A stretch of DNA of 64,000 nucleotides from Coprothermobacterota bacterium (GTDB lineage: Bacteria > Coprothermobacterota > Coprothermobacteria > Coprothermobacterales > Coprothermobacteraceae). The position numbers and the translations under genes were made by a program. Below are positions 17,968 to 27,132 of the stretch, in pieces. Every line of letters begins with the position of its first letter. The stretch's first letter is position 1. The stretch is taken from the NCBI GenBank assembly GCA_036679065.1, contig JAZIGN010000003.1, positions 512,001-576,000 of the forward strand, given 5' to 3'. The notes below the pieces were generated by a model. The model saw nothing but the letters and a program-made list of their open reading frames with translations. It ran no database searches and was not told where the DNA came from.

Positions 17968-18660
17968 ATGTCATTGCAAATGTGGTCGCTCTTGGTTCTC
18001 TTGACAATTCTCATTTTGATCCTTTGGGTAGTTCTGCCGGTTACGGTGAGTGTGGATCCCGTAGCGGCTGAAACAATTATCATGAGTAAGCCAGCAAAGT
18101 ATTGTGAAATAAGTCTGAATGCCGGAGCATGGACTGGAGAACTTTCTCGAAGTGCTCCTTTCCTAGTAGAAAAGATGGCAATCCAAGCTGGAGCTAGTGC
18201 AACTGTAGCTTTAGCACTTGGAAATGCTTACAGGAACTGTAATCCGAACGAGTTGCCAGCTGAAGTGTTTATCGGTGTGATAAAGACAGAAAGCAATTTC
18301 AATCCCAAAGATGTTTCATATGCTGGAGCAAAGGGGATCATGCAGCTATTACCAAGCACATTTAGAATTTATCTAAAAGCATACCCTTCCCTTTTTAGTA
18401 AAGGTGACATTTTTGACCCTTATGAAAATGCGTGTGCTGGTTTACTCTACCTAAACGACAACTATGAGGCATGGGTCGGGCATGTAAAGGACAGGTCCAA
18501 AGCCATTGATCTAGCAGTTGCCTCTTACCTTACTGGTGTTACCAAGCTTAAGAATTCTGGTTACAGCGGTAGAATTTACGATGGGAACAACTATGTGAGC
18601 AACTACCTGAATAAGGTTAAAACTTACGCAAGGAGTGCCATGCAAGCAACAGCAAGATGA
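17968..18660 (+). CDS. Membrane-anchored lytic transglycosylase (SLT domain)
   Basis: TESNFNPKDVSYAGAKGIMQL catalytic motif, FDPYENACAG..YL; N-terminal TM. Upstream TGcTATAAT and GAGGAGG. Confidence 0.9.
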   Translation: MSLQMWSLLVLLTILILILWVVLPVTVSVDPVAAETIIMSKPAKYCEISLNAGAWTGELSRSAPFLVEKMAIQAGASATVALALGNAYRNCNPNELPAEVFIGVIKTESNFNPKDVSYAGAKGIMQLLPSTFRIYLKAYPSLFSKGDIFDPYENACAGLLYLNDNYEAWVGHVKDRSKAIDLAVASYLTGVTKLKNSGYSGRIYDGNNYVSNYLNKVKTYARSAMQATAR

Positions 18661-20444
18661 CGTTGAGAGAATCCATTGAGCAAGCACCGCACAGTCCGGG
18701 TGTTTACCTATTTTATGGGAATTCTGGACAGGTTATTTATGTAGGTAAAGCTAGTGACTTGCACAATCGCCTGGCTGACTACGCTCGTAGCCAGCCAGGC
18801 CAGAAAGAACACCTTATAATGAGCAATGCTTCTAAGGTGAGTTGGATCATAGTTGCCAACGAAAGGCAATCTCTTGAACTGGAAGAAACACTTATAAAAA
18901 AAAATGCTCCACCTTATAACGTTCTTCTCAAGGATGGTAAGGGCTATAGCTATTTACGCATTGACTTAAGCCAGGAATATCCTGCTGTAGAGATTGTACG
19001 CATAAAGCAGAGAAAACCAAAGCCTGGACAATTACTCTTTGGCCCGTTTGTTCCACTTCGTGTGCCTGATATGCCTGGCAAAGTAAGGGGTGACTTGAAG
19101 AACTTAATACAGATAGCTGAAGAGGTTTTTGGTATCAGGTCCTGTAAGGGTCCGCTCAAGCGAAGGACGCGTCCCTGTGTCTATTACGAGATCGGCAGGT
19201 GCTCTGGCCCATGCATAGGCAAGATAAGCCCTGAGGAGTACAAAGATCGCGTTCAGTTGTTCATCAAGTTTCTAAAAGGGGATACGAAAGAGGTTGAGAA
19301 TCGCTTAACTAAGATGATGAAAGAAGAAGCTGAGAATTTGAACTTTGAGAGAGCCGCTGAACTTCGCGATCTTCTTTACACGGTGAAGAGGGTTGGTATG
19401 CAGAGAGAAGCCAACGTCGATGGCAGCGCTGACCTTATTGCCTTTGCATTGAAAGAAGATCAGGCCTCTGGTTTTGTGGTTTCTGTTCGAGATGGCATGA
19501 TAACCAATGTGTTTGGCCTGAAGTATTCTTCAGGAGCCACTATTGAGCCATCGGAAATCATGGAGAGCTTCTTTAGAGACTATGTAAGACTCTATCACGA
19601 GCAAGGCGTACTTGCCTACGTGAATGGCGCTGTAGCTGAAACGCTAAAACCATTAGGATTGTTGCATGGTGTTCGGCTGGAAGCTGTTCCAGATCACTGG
19701 AAGGCTTTGCTAAGGGTTGCTGAAGAGAATGCTGAGAGCATCTTAGAAAGAGATGAAGGGACTGAGAGGGTTAAACGTGGACTACTCAGAATAAAGGAAG
19801 TGTTACGCTTAGAGCATATCCCTACGCGTATTGAGGGATTCGATATGGCCCAACTCTTTGGTTCTGAACGCGTCGGTGGAAAAGTGGCTTACGTTAATGG
19901 TCAATTCTATACACCCTGGTACAGGCACTACCGCATAAAAGGTTCTTACAAAGACGATTTTTCCTTCATGTACGAGGTGGTAATTAGGCGTTTGCAGGAT
20001 GAGAAAACGGGACTGCCTGACCTCATGCTTATTGATGGAGGTAGGCAACATCTCGCGGTTGTTGAGAAAGCCATGGAACAGCTTGGTGTTACTGTACCTG
20101 CAGTTGCCATAGCTAAACCTGATGATAGATTATTTGTGACTTGGAAAGAAGACCCCATATATCTGCCGCCCGAGGATGTCGGGAAACAAATTCTTCAAAG
20201 TATAAGGAATGAGGCTCACCGATGGGTTAATTCATATCATAGGAAATTACGCGAAGATTTTGGCGACATTCTGCTCGGTGTACCTGGCATAGGCAAAGCT
20301 AGACGGCGCAAACTTATAGACACTTTCGGTGGCATGGTAGGCTTGCAAGCTGCTAGCATTGAAGAGCTTACGGTAAAAGGCGGTTTGCCATTTAAGGTTG
20401 CGCAGCAGCTGTACAGAGCGCTACATCCCGAAGATGTGGGGTAA
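18657..20444 (+). CDS. uvrC: Excinuclease ABC subunit C
   Basis: GIY-YIG (PGVYLF..IYVGKA), PPYNVLLKD, Cys cluster, UVR domain FERAAELRD, RIEGFD, LIDGG, HhH. Confidence 0.97.
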   Translation: MTLRESIEQAPHSPGVYLFYGNSGQVIYVGKASDLHNRLADYARSQPGQKEHLIMSNASKVSWIIVANERQSLELEETLIKKNAPPYNVLLKDGKGYSYLRIDLSQEYPAVEIVRIKQRKPKPGQLLFGPFVPLRVPDMPGKVRGDLKNLIQIAEEVFGIRSCKGPLKRRTRPCVYYEIGRCSGPCIGKISPEEYKDRVQLFIKFLKGDTKEVENRLTKMMKEEAENLNFERAAELRDLLYTVKRVGMQREANVDGSADLIAFALKEDQASGFVVSVRDGMITNVFGLKYSSGATIEPSEIMESFFRDYVRLYHEQGVLAYVNGAVAETLKPLGLLHGVRLEAVPDHWKALLRVAEENAESILERDEGTERVKRGLLRIKEVLRLEHIPTRIEGFDMAQLFGSERVGGKVAYVNGQFYTPWYRHYRIKGSYKDDFSFMYEVVIRRLQDEKTGLPDLMLIDGGRQHLAVVEKAMEQLGVTVPAVAIAKPDDRLFVTWKEDPIYLPPEDVGKQILQSIRNEAHRWVNSYHRKLREDFGDILLGVPGIGKARRRKLIDTFGGMVGLQAASIEELTVKGGLPFKVAQQLYRALHPEDVG

Positions 20445-20454
20445 AATTTAACCC

Positions 20455-22347
20455 ATGAAGAAGTTTTTGGCGTCTGTTCTGATGTTTTTAGTGCTCCTAG
20501 CGAGCGCAGTGCAAGGACAAGCTCCTGTGGAACAAAGATGGTTTAACCTTCTTCCTTCTGATTACGTCTACTCAGCTTTCTCCACAGGAGATAAACTCGG
20601 CTATGTAACCACCGATTTTGTTGGCGTGTTACCGACGGGAGCTACTGTACAGCTTTCTTCGGATATGGTTTCTTTTTATTTCACAGCATCTACTTTCTTT
20701 GTCCAAGATGTGTCTGGAAATGTTAAGTATTTTGCAGATAGTCAATGGACGAATGTAGGTATCTACAATGGTATGGCTTCCTATGAAGATAACCTTTGGC
20801 TATGGAAGGGCAATACTGTTAGCCTAATAACTCAAGATCCTAAAAATATAAGAGTTTTTGCTTCAATACCTAACGAGGTTACATATGTTAGTGGTTTGCC
20901 CGCTAATGCGCTGGTTTCTACTAATTTTGGTGCTTTCAAGTGCACTGAGAGTTCTTGTGAGCGGGTCGACCTGCGCTCATGTGATAAGGCTTGGGAACTA
21001 AAGAATGGTGATGTTGCCTGCTTAAAAGGAAACGTGCTAAGTTTGGGACAGCAATTTTTCGACAACGTATCAGGTGCATCTTTTTCCCATGGTTTACTGT
21101 ATTTCCTACAAGGAGACAAACTGTATGCGTTAGAGTCCTCTGCTACGCAAATTTCCAAAGTTGCTGCTAATTCCGTACTCAGTGGTGATTTTTTGATCAC
21201 TCCAGCCGGTACATTCCAATTAAAAGGGCAGACTCTACAAAAGGTTTCTAGTAAGGTCAGATTGCCACTTCTGGGTAGTATAAGTCCTGGTCCTACGTTC
21301 ATTTCGGATAATTACCGGTTGGTGTTCACTGATAAAGGTTGGACTGAGGAAATTCAAGATGAAAATGGCTTAAAAGTGAATGGTCTATTGATGTGGGAAG
21401 CTGGTGGTCAGAGTTACTCGTGGGGAGAGACTTCTAGAACAATTAGAGGTACCATCATTGATGGTTTCGGGGACGATCAGGAAGGATATCTGCTGGTGGT
21501 CAATGGCGACCGTATGGGGCGTAAGAATCTCTTAGTGATAGATGCTGTTACAGGTAAACCACTTGCTAGTATGGGTGTAAAGCCAATACTATCTTATGGT
21601 TACACGGGTGAAGGTTACTACGTGTCAACGTCCAGTGAAATCAAGCTCCTTTCTTTAGGAACCATTGCTAGTTTGGAAGCTAAGGTACCACCCCAAGATG
21701 TAGTTCAATGGAACGGGTCTGTGTACTACAGCTATGGAGAGTATCTGGTGGGCCCATTGGTTTATAAATTTCCAGACGCAATAACAGAGCTTGTGCCATC
21801 AGAAAATGGTGTTCTGGTCGTTACAGCTTCCTCGCTGTATCTGGTATCCAGCGATGTAAAGGATCTGGGCCAAGTATTCCCCAACTATCCTGCGGGCAAA
21901 GTACTCGATGTGGCTACGGAGGGGGATCGTGTTTTCTTACTTACTGGTGATGGCATTTACACATTGCTTCCACAGGTTCATGTTGTGTTACATGTTGGAA
22001 AGAACACATACACTATAAACGGCGTCGAAAAGACCATGGACGTCTCGGCTACTATTATTAACAGCCGAACGATGGTACCCATAAGGGTAATATCGGAAGC
22101 TTTTGGCTACAGCGTGCAATGGGATGATAGCCAAAAGAAAGTAACCATTACAGGCCTTGGTCACAGCATTGAGCTGTTCAATGGGAAACCAACTGCATAT
22201 GTTGATGGAGCTCCAATGGAAATTGACGCTCCACCCACGATTGTGCAGGGCACGATGTTGGTCCCTGTTAGGTTCATTGTCGAGTCCATGGGTTTAAACG
22301 TGTTATGGGATCCGAATCTTAGAAAGGTGGAAGTAACACTACCATGA
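20455..22347 (+). CDS. Secreted surface protein with C-terminal copper-amine-oxidase N-terminal (stalk) domain
   Basis: Signal peptide; beta-rich body; C-terminal NSRTMVPIRVISEAFGYSVQWD...MLVPVRFIVESMGLNVLWD repeats. Confidence 0.8.
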   Translation: MKKFLASVLMFLVLLASAVQGQAPVEQRWFNLLPSDYVYSAFSTGDKLGYVTTDFVGVLPTGATVQLSSDMVSFYFTASTFFVQDVSGNVKYFADSQWTNVGIYNGMASYEDNLWLWKGNTVSLITQDPKNIRVFASIPNEVTYVSGLPANALVSTNFGAFKCTESSCERVDLRSCDKAWELKNGDVACLKGNVLSLGQQFFDNVSGASFSHGLLYFLQGDKLYALESSATQISKVAANSVLSGDFLITPAGTFQLKGQTLQKVSSKVRLPLLGSISPGPTFISDNYRLVFTDKGWTEEIQDENGLKVNGLLMWEAGGQSYSWGETSRTIRGTIIDGFGDDQEGYLLVVNGDRMGRKNLLVIDAVTGKPLASMGVKPILSYGYTGEGYYVSTSSEIKLLSLGTIASLEAKVPPQDVVQWNGSVYYSYGEYLVGPLVYKFPDAITELVPSENGVLVVTASSLYLVSSDVKDLGQVFPNYPAGKVLDVATEGDRVFLLTGDGIYTLLPQVHVVLHVGKNTYTINGVEKTMDVSATIINSRTMVPIRVISEAFGYSVQWDDSQKKVTITGLGHSIELFNGKPTAYVDGAPMEIDAPPTIVQGTMLVPVRFIVESMGLNVLWDPNLRKVEVTLP

Positions 22348-23267
22348 AGGTTTTAGTAGTAGGCTTGAGTCCGGCTCTGGATCAAGTGCTGGTGTTGGGC
22401 GAATCGGTTGAAGAGGAGAAAATATTTAGACCTGATAGGCGATACAGAAGTGCGGGAAGCAAGTCCTTGAATGTTGCAAGGTTCTTAACCAGGTTAGGGC
22501 ATGAAGTTCATCTAATTGGTTTCTTTGGCGATTACATTGGTCAGTGGTTATTGAGTCAATGTCGTGCTGAGGGTGTGAATGTGCTTCCCATTCATTGTGA
22601 TGATGACAACAGAATTAACGTTACCATAATTGGAGCGGGCAAAGAGTATGTTATTTCTGACAGGTGGCAAGAAGTCACCGATCCCGAGCTGCACCTCTTA
22701 CAGGAGCATTACAGACACATAGTAAATGATTTTCCATTTGTTATCTTTGCTGGTTCTGTGGCTAAAGGTGTGGGTTTGGACGACTACGAGAACATGGTAA
22801 GAACTGCAAAGGAAGCAGGGGCAAAGGTCATTGTAGATGCTAAGCCAAGCTTTCTACGAGTTTCTCTGCCTTATGCATGGCTCATAAAGGTGAACCAGTT
22901 TGAAGCTCACGGCTTGAATGTACAGGAATTTCGAGGGAATTTGGGAATAACGTGTGAGAAATCTGGTGCTTTTTTTAAGAGTGAAAATGGTTTTGTCCTC
23001 AAGGCAGAAGTACCACAGGTACCTTGTGTTAATTCGGTGGGCGCTGGAGACATTTTCCTTGCCTATCTGATAGATGCTTACTGGGCGGAGGAAGACTGGA
23101 AAAAAGCATTGTTAGTGAGCTCAGCAGCTGCTAGCAGTAGCGTTAGCACGGAAGCCATTGGAGAGATAAATGTTCACTTGTTTGAAGAGCTAAAAAGATC
23201 TATCTCTGTCAAGGAGGTGGGTCTTGATGGCTTTAGTGAAGGTCCATTTTATGGGCGGTTTTGCTGA
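22344..23267 (+). CDS. PfkB-family kinase (1-phosphofructokinase-like)
   Basis: LSPALD, AGSKSLNVAR, RINVT, AGSV, IKVNQFEA, NSVGAGD. Confidence 0.85.
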   Translation: MKVLVVGLSPALDQVLVLGESVEEEKIFRPDRRYRSAGSKSLNVARFLTRLGHEVHLIGFFGDYIGQWLLSQCRAEGVNVLPIHCDDDNRINVTIIGAGKEYVISDRWQEVTDPELHLLQEHYRHIVNDFPFVIFAGSVAKGVGLDDYENMVRTAKEAGAKVIVDAKPSFLRVSLPYAWLIKVNQFEAHGLNVQEFRGNLGITCEKSGAFFKSENGFVLKAEVPQVPCVNSVGAGDIFLAYLIDAYWAEEDWKKALLVSSAAASSSVSTEAIGEINVHLFEELKRSISVKEVGLDGFSEGPFYGRFC

Positions 23268-23487
23268 GCTTGGTTGCGGTGATTTAGAGTTAGAAGCTTC
23301 TAACTATGCTGATTTGGTTTTAAAGGTGGCTCGTAATTGTCCAATTCTGTCAAAATATCTTCTAGATGAGCCTGAAGGTATTAAGTCTGATTTTCTTGCT
23401 TTTTGCCGGGGGAGGGTTATTTCGGACCTTAGTTTTGTCTTCGAGGACGGTGATGAGATCGCTTTTTATCCACCTGTAACTTGGTAA
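23227..23487 (+). CDS. MoaD/ThiS-fold (ubiquitin-like) protein lacking the C-terminal Gly-Gly
   Basis: VKVHFMGGFAELG start and FEDGDEIAFYPPVTW end match the beta-grasp sulfur-carrier pattern; RBS AGGAGGTGG before ATG 23227. Confidence 0.75.
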   Translation: MALVKVHFMGGFAELGCGDLELEASNYADLVLKVARNCPILSKYLLDEPEGIKSDFLAFCRGRVISDLSFVFEDGDEIAFYPPVTW

Positions 23488-23538
23488 TTTGGTAACTCCC
23501 TCTATTTTCTGGTCGATTTTTTATGATAGACTTAATAC

Positions 23539-24855
23539 ATGGAAGTATCGATTGAATCTTTACTAAACAGTTGGAAGAATCGCAAGGATGAGTTTAGGAA
23601 ATCCTTTGTAAAACCAAAGGATGACTACATAAGTGCATTGCGCCTTGGGGAAGCTGTTGGCGACAGAGATTTAGAGGCGCGCTTCGAGGCATTACTGTCT
23701 CTGCTTGCTAACTACGGCTTAGTGGACATACCTGATGCCATCCTCAATAGAATAGTGGAACTGATAAAGCAAATTTGGAAGCGTCAAACCGTACTCGGTA
23801 TGACTGCTGGAGTTGCCTATATTCACTCTTTGGTAGAAGACCTAAGGCTTATACGTGCTAAAAATGACGCTGACGCCATTTTTGGTGAAAGCTCGGATCT
23901 GGTTCTGCTTTATTCATTGATGGATGTTCTTAGTAGAAGGCGGCACGAGGCTGGAAAGATTTTTTCGGCCATACAGAAGTACGATTGGAGAATAAAAATC
24001 GGTCCACTTGTAATCGCATTGGCACAATTCCTTCCAGTTGCGAGATTGGGAGAATTGTTGGATTTTGCTACTACTAAGGACTTAATCTCTGCGAAGGATT
24101 TGGCGAATCTATATGTGATTTTATACAAAAGGACCTCTGATATAAGCTACTTGAGGAAGGCATTTAGGGTTTACCTTGATGTGGATGAGGAAAAGGCTTT
24201 AGAGGTTTTTAAGGAGCTACTCTCCGTTAGCGACGACCTTAGAAGTGTCTATAGCGACTTGGAGAGTGTCAAGAGTCCTAGCAGGTTTAACCTCTTTGTT
24301 GTTTTGATCTCCGAGGCTGTGAAAAGGAAAGACATTGATTTTGCCAAAGAAGTGCTTTTGGAAAAAGAGGGACACACGCTTACTGTGAAGCAGGCTCAGG
24401 CTTTGGGACGAGAACTCGGGTCAAAATATCCAAAGGCTGCTTTGGAACTGCTAAAAGAATTGCCTGGTGAAAACGGACTTTATGCGTTGCTCGGGATTCT
24501 ATCAGGAACAAAAGACCTGGATGTGGCCATAGCTACCATGGAGCATGTGCTTGACAGACTCAAAACGTACTCTGGAGACACTTTGCTCATTCTAAAACAA
24601 CTAATAGCTGTTAGTATAAAACTGGATATATGGGATGAGCTTATTTTGTCTGTTCCCGATGATGCTCCATGGCTGGGGGATTTTGAAAACATCATGAGCG
24701 ATGCCCTGAAAGTGTTACAAGGCTCAGGTGATACAGAAATCCGTTTGGCGAACTTAGGGACTCCTATAAGCACTTTGGTACTCCAACGAATGAAATCGGG
24801 AGGGACGCGAGTAAATGAATGGTTTGACCCTACCTGGTTTAGTGATGAGGATTAA
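23539..24855 (+). CDS. Hypothetical all-alpha (solenoid-like) cytoplasmic protein
   Basis: 438-aa ORF rich in L/E/K/A amphipathic helices; no motif recognised. TGnTAGACT 6 nt upstream. Confidence 0.7.
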   Translation: MEVSIESLLNSWKNRKDEFRKSFVKPKDDYISALRLGEAVGDRDLEARFEALLSLLANYGLVDIPDAILNRIVELIKQIWKRQTVLGMTAGVAYIHSLVEDLRLIRAKNDADAIFGESSDLVLLYSLMDVLSRRRHEAGKIFSAIQKYDWRIKIGPLVIALAQFLPVARLGELLDFATTKDLISAKDLANLYVILYKRTSDISYLRKAFRVYLDVDEEKALEVFKELLSVSDDLRSVYSDLESVKSPSRFNLFVVLISEAVKRKDIDFAKEVLLEKEGHTLTVKQAQALGRELGSKYPKAALELLKELPGENGLYALLGILSGTKDLDVAIATMEHVLDRLKTYSGDTLLILKQLIAVSIKLDIWDELILSVPDDAPWLGDFENIMSDALKVLQGSGDTEIRLANLGTPISTLVLQRMKSGGTRVNEWFDPTWFSDED

Positions 24856-24887
24856 AAAGGCTTGCCTAATAGATTGAATCATTCAAT

Positions 24888-24919
24888 AGAAAACGCCCCG
24901 CGACGACGGGGCGTTTTCT
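24888..24919. terminator. Bidirectional intrinsic terminator between convergent genes
   Basis: AGAAAACGCCCCG-cgacga-CGGGGCGTTTTCT, perfect 13-bp stem with A/T tracts on both sides. Confidence 0.9.
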
Positions 24920-24933
24920 TAATGGCGTTATGA

Positions 24934-25419
24934 TTAGAGTCCTAGAAGGGTTTCTACTTCTTCTTCGTGCTCCATTTCTTCCTGCAGGATGTGCCTTATA
25001 ACGTGGAAAGTTACAGGGTCACCATTACCCGCATGTAAGTAATCAATAAGTTTCTCGTAAACTTCGATGGCTCCGCGCTCGGCCTCCAAAACGGATTTTA
25101 GGAAGCCTTGCCAATCTGATCTATCAGCAGGATAAGTTATCTTAGGATAATTTGCTTGTTTTAGTATCTCTTCCCAATCATGAATGGGTTCTCCGCCCAG
25201 TTCCACAATACGTTCAGCTAATTCCTTTCTGTGTTCCTCTTCATCTTCAGCCATTTCTTTGAGCTGGTCAGCAGTTATTTTTCCATCTAGTGTCTTTACA
25301 AGCTCAGCGCCCACCTCGTAATAATAGTAAGCTATCCACTCATCTGCATAAGCTTTGTTTAAAAGGTTAATCAGTTCGTCCACATTTCCTTTTGTGTACT
25401 TCCTTGCATACTCACCCAT
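24934..25419 (-). CDS. Ferritin-like di-iron protein (DpsL/bacterioferritin-related)
   Basis: LNKAYADEW.AYY.Y, EEEH, LAERIVELGGEP, AERGAIEVY, DPVT, EEMEHEEE. Confidence 0.88.
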   Translation of the reverse strand: MGEYARKYTKGNVDELINLLNKAYADEWIAYYYYEVGAELVKTLDGKITADQLKEMAEDEEEHRKELAERIVELGGEPIHDWEEILKQANYPKITYPADRSDWQGFLKSVLEAERGAIEVYEKLIDYLHAGNGDPVTFHVIRHILQEEMEHEEEVETLLGL

Positions 25420-25437
25420 GTGTATCTACCTCCTTTT

Positions 25438-25797
25438 TTACTCACTCACTTTAACATCTGCCGAATTCTCCCAAAGTCCGTGAATGTTGCAATACTCTAA
25501 TGCGATAAGCTTTCCATTCTTCGGTACTTTCATAGTGAAAGTGACCTTTGGCTCGGCATAGGTAGGGCCGAGGTCAAAGGTGGCAATGTGAATGGGGTTA
25601 AAAGCTCGTCCCTCTTCTTCGAAAAACACTTGGATCCACTTAATGTGGTGTTCCACAAGATTCGGATGTGGAATGTCTTTCCCTACTTGTACTGTTACCT
25701 GAAATGGTTCGTTTGGTTTTACTTCAGATGGAATTTCAATGTAAGGAGTGTGTTTTTCTGTTTTACTGGTGTCATTTTGAACTTCATACGTCTTCAC
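25438..25797 (-). CDS. sor: Superoxide reductase (neelaredoxin, 1Fe-SOR)
   Basis: EKH, HPNLVEHHI, YCNIHGLWE iron ligands; no desulforedoxin domain. Confidence 0.93.
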   Translation of the reverse strand: MKTYEVQNDTSKTEKHTPYIEIPSEVKPNEPFQVTVQVGKDIPHPNLVEHHIKWIQVFFEEEGRAFNPIHIATFDLGPTYAEPKVTFTMKVPKNGKLIALEYCNIHGLWENSADVKVSE

Positions 25798-25933
25798 AGA
25801 CTACCCCTCCTTTTAAGTGAATCTAAAGAAATATTACCACAAATACAAATGATCTATGCATAGCAACTAAACAAGCTCTTTTTGGGTATATGAATAGTAG
25901 GAAAGAATTATTTTGAAAGAGTGAGGTGATTAG

Positions 25934-26035
25934 ATGAGCGGAATATGGACATTGTGGATGGTTGAGTTGATGTTGAGTATGGTATGGTTTATGTTAATGA
26001 ATTACTCGCCCCGCGTGGCGGAGCAAGAGTGGTAG
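25934..26035 (+). CDS. Small 33-aa hydrophobic Trp/Met-rich peptide upstream of the exporter operon
   Basis: Below the ORF-track cutoff. GAGGTGA (25923-25929) precedes ATG 25934; translation MSGIWTLWMVELMLSMVWFMLMNYSPRVAEQEW*. Confidence 0.5.
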   Translation: MSGIWTLWMVELMLSMVWFMLMNYSPRVAEQEW

Positions 26036-26099
26036 TAAGTCTATCTAAGTCAAAGCTTTTTTAGGGAGCTCAGCTTAGCATAATCTTAGGGAGGTTAAT

Positions 26100-27128
26100 G
26101 TGAGTAATAGGATTTTTAAGAGAATTTTGCCTTTTGTAGTTATGGCTTTAGGAGCACTAGTGGTTCTAGGTGGTTGCTCCACAGGGCCAGTGGAAGTAAA
26201 GACAGCTGTGGTTCAAAATGGTACTTTGGAACAAACTGCCTATGCCAGTGGTACAGTTATGGCTAAACGCGAGTATCCCCTTTATGGGCCATCCGGAGTT
26301 AGCGTAAAGGACGTTCAAGTAGAGTTGGGAGATCGTGTTCAACAAGGACAGACCTTGGTAACCTTTGACGATAGCGATATAAAAACGCAGATTTCCTTAG
26401 CGCAAAACCAGCTTGACATATTGCAGATTCAACTTGACAGCTATAAGAAGATGAAAGACAGTGGTGGTAGCTTGGGAGGGACTCAGACTGCTGGTACGTC
26501 TTTGGACGATCAAATTGCGATGCAGGAAATCCAAATCAAAAATCAAAAACTGAACATAACGTCACTACAGAACAAATTAAAATCATTTACGATAAAAGCA
26601 CCAATAGCTGGCATCGTAGGTCAGCTTTTGGTTAGTCCTGGGATGCCTTCTCCCATGGGGCAACCTGCTGCAGTTGTATATGACGTTTCTCAGAGGAAAG
26701 TTTCCATGATGCTGAATCCAGTAGATGCAATGTCCGTGAGCGTTGGTCAGACCGCTAGCGTCTATTTTGGTGATCAAACATTCGATGCCAAGGTGTCTTT
26801 TGTGAGCCCTGTCAGTATGAACAATGCCGTTAGCTTAGAAGTCACTTTAGGCGATGGTACTGAAATCCCAATAGGCTCTTCTGTAGATGTGGAGATAAAA
26901 ACTGCTCAGCAAAGCGGTCTCATTATTCCATTGTCTGCTGTCATTTATGCAGAAGATGGGACGGCTTATGTAAAGGTTGCTGAAGATGGCGCAGTGAAGC
27001 AAAAAGCCATAAAGATAAGTGCACAAAATGCTAGCCAAGTTCTTGTTGAATCTGGGCTTTCCGAAGGAGAAAAAGTTTTAACGGATCATCTGGATTTAAC
27101 AGAGGGCCAGAAGGTTGTAACGAGGTAA
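26100..27128 (+). CDS. Efflux periplasmic adaptor (MacA/YknX/HlyD-like) lipoprotein
   Basis: Lipobox LGGC; lipoyl-like halves VELGDRVQQGQTLV and IKAPIAGIV; coiled-coil hairpin; IPLSAV, SGLSEGEKV. Confidence 0.9.
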   Translation: MSNRIFKRILPFVVMALGALVVLGGCSTGPVEVKTAVVQNGTLEQTAYASGTVMAKREYPLYGPSGVSVKDVQVELGDRVQQGQTLVTFDDSDIKTQISLAQNQLDILQIQLDSYKKMKDSGGSLGGTQTAGTSLDDQIAMQEIQIKNQKLNITSLQNKLKSFTIKAPIAGIVGQLLVSPGMPSPMGQPAAVVYDVSQRKVSMMLNPVDAMSVSVGQTASVYFGDQTFDAKVSFVSPVSMNNAVSLEVTLGDGTEIPIGSSVDVEIKTAQQSGLIIPLSAVIYAEDGTAYVKVAEDGAVKQKAIKISAQNASQVLVESGLSEGEKVLTDHLDLTEGQKVVTR

Positions 27129-27132
27129 GAAG

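Noticed and set aside
24873..24887. 7-1-7 inverted repeat ATTGAAT-C-ATTCAAT (Fur/PerR-like geometry)
   Set aside because: It sits between convergent 3' ends rather than at a promoter, and does not match the Fur/PerR consensus.
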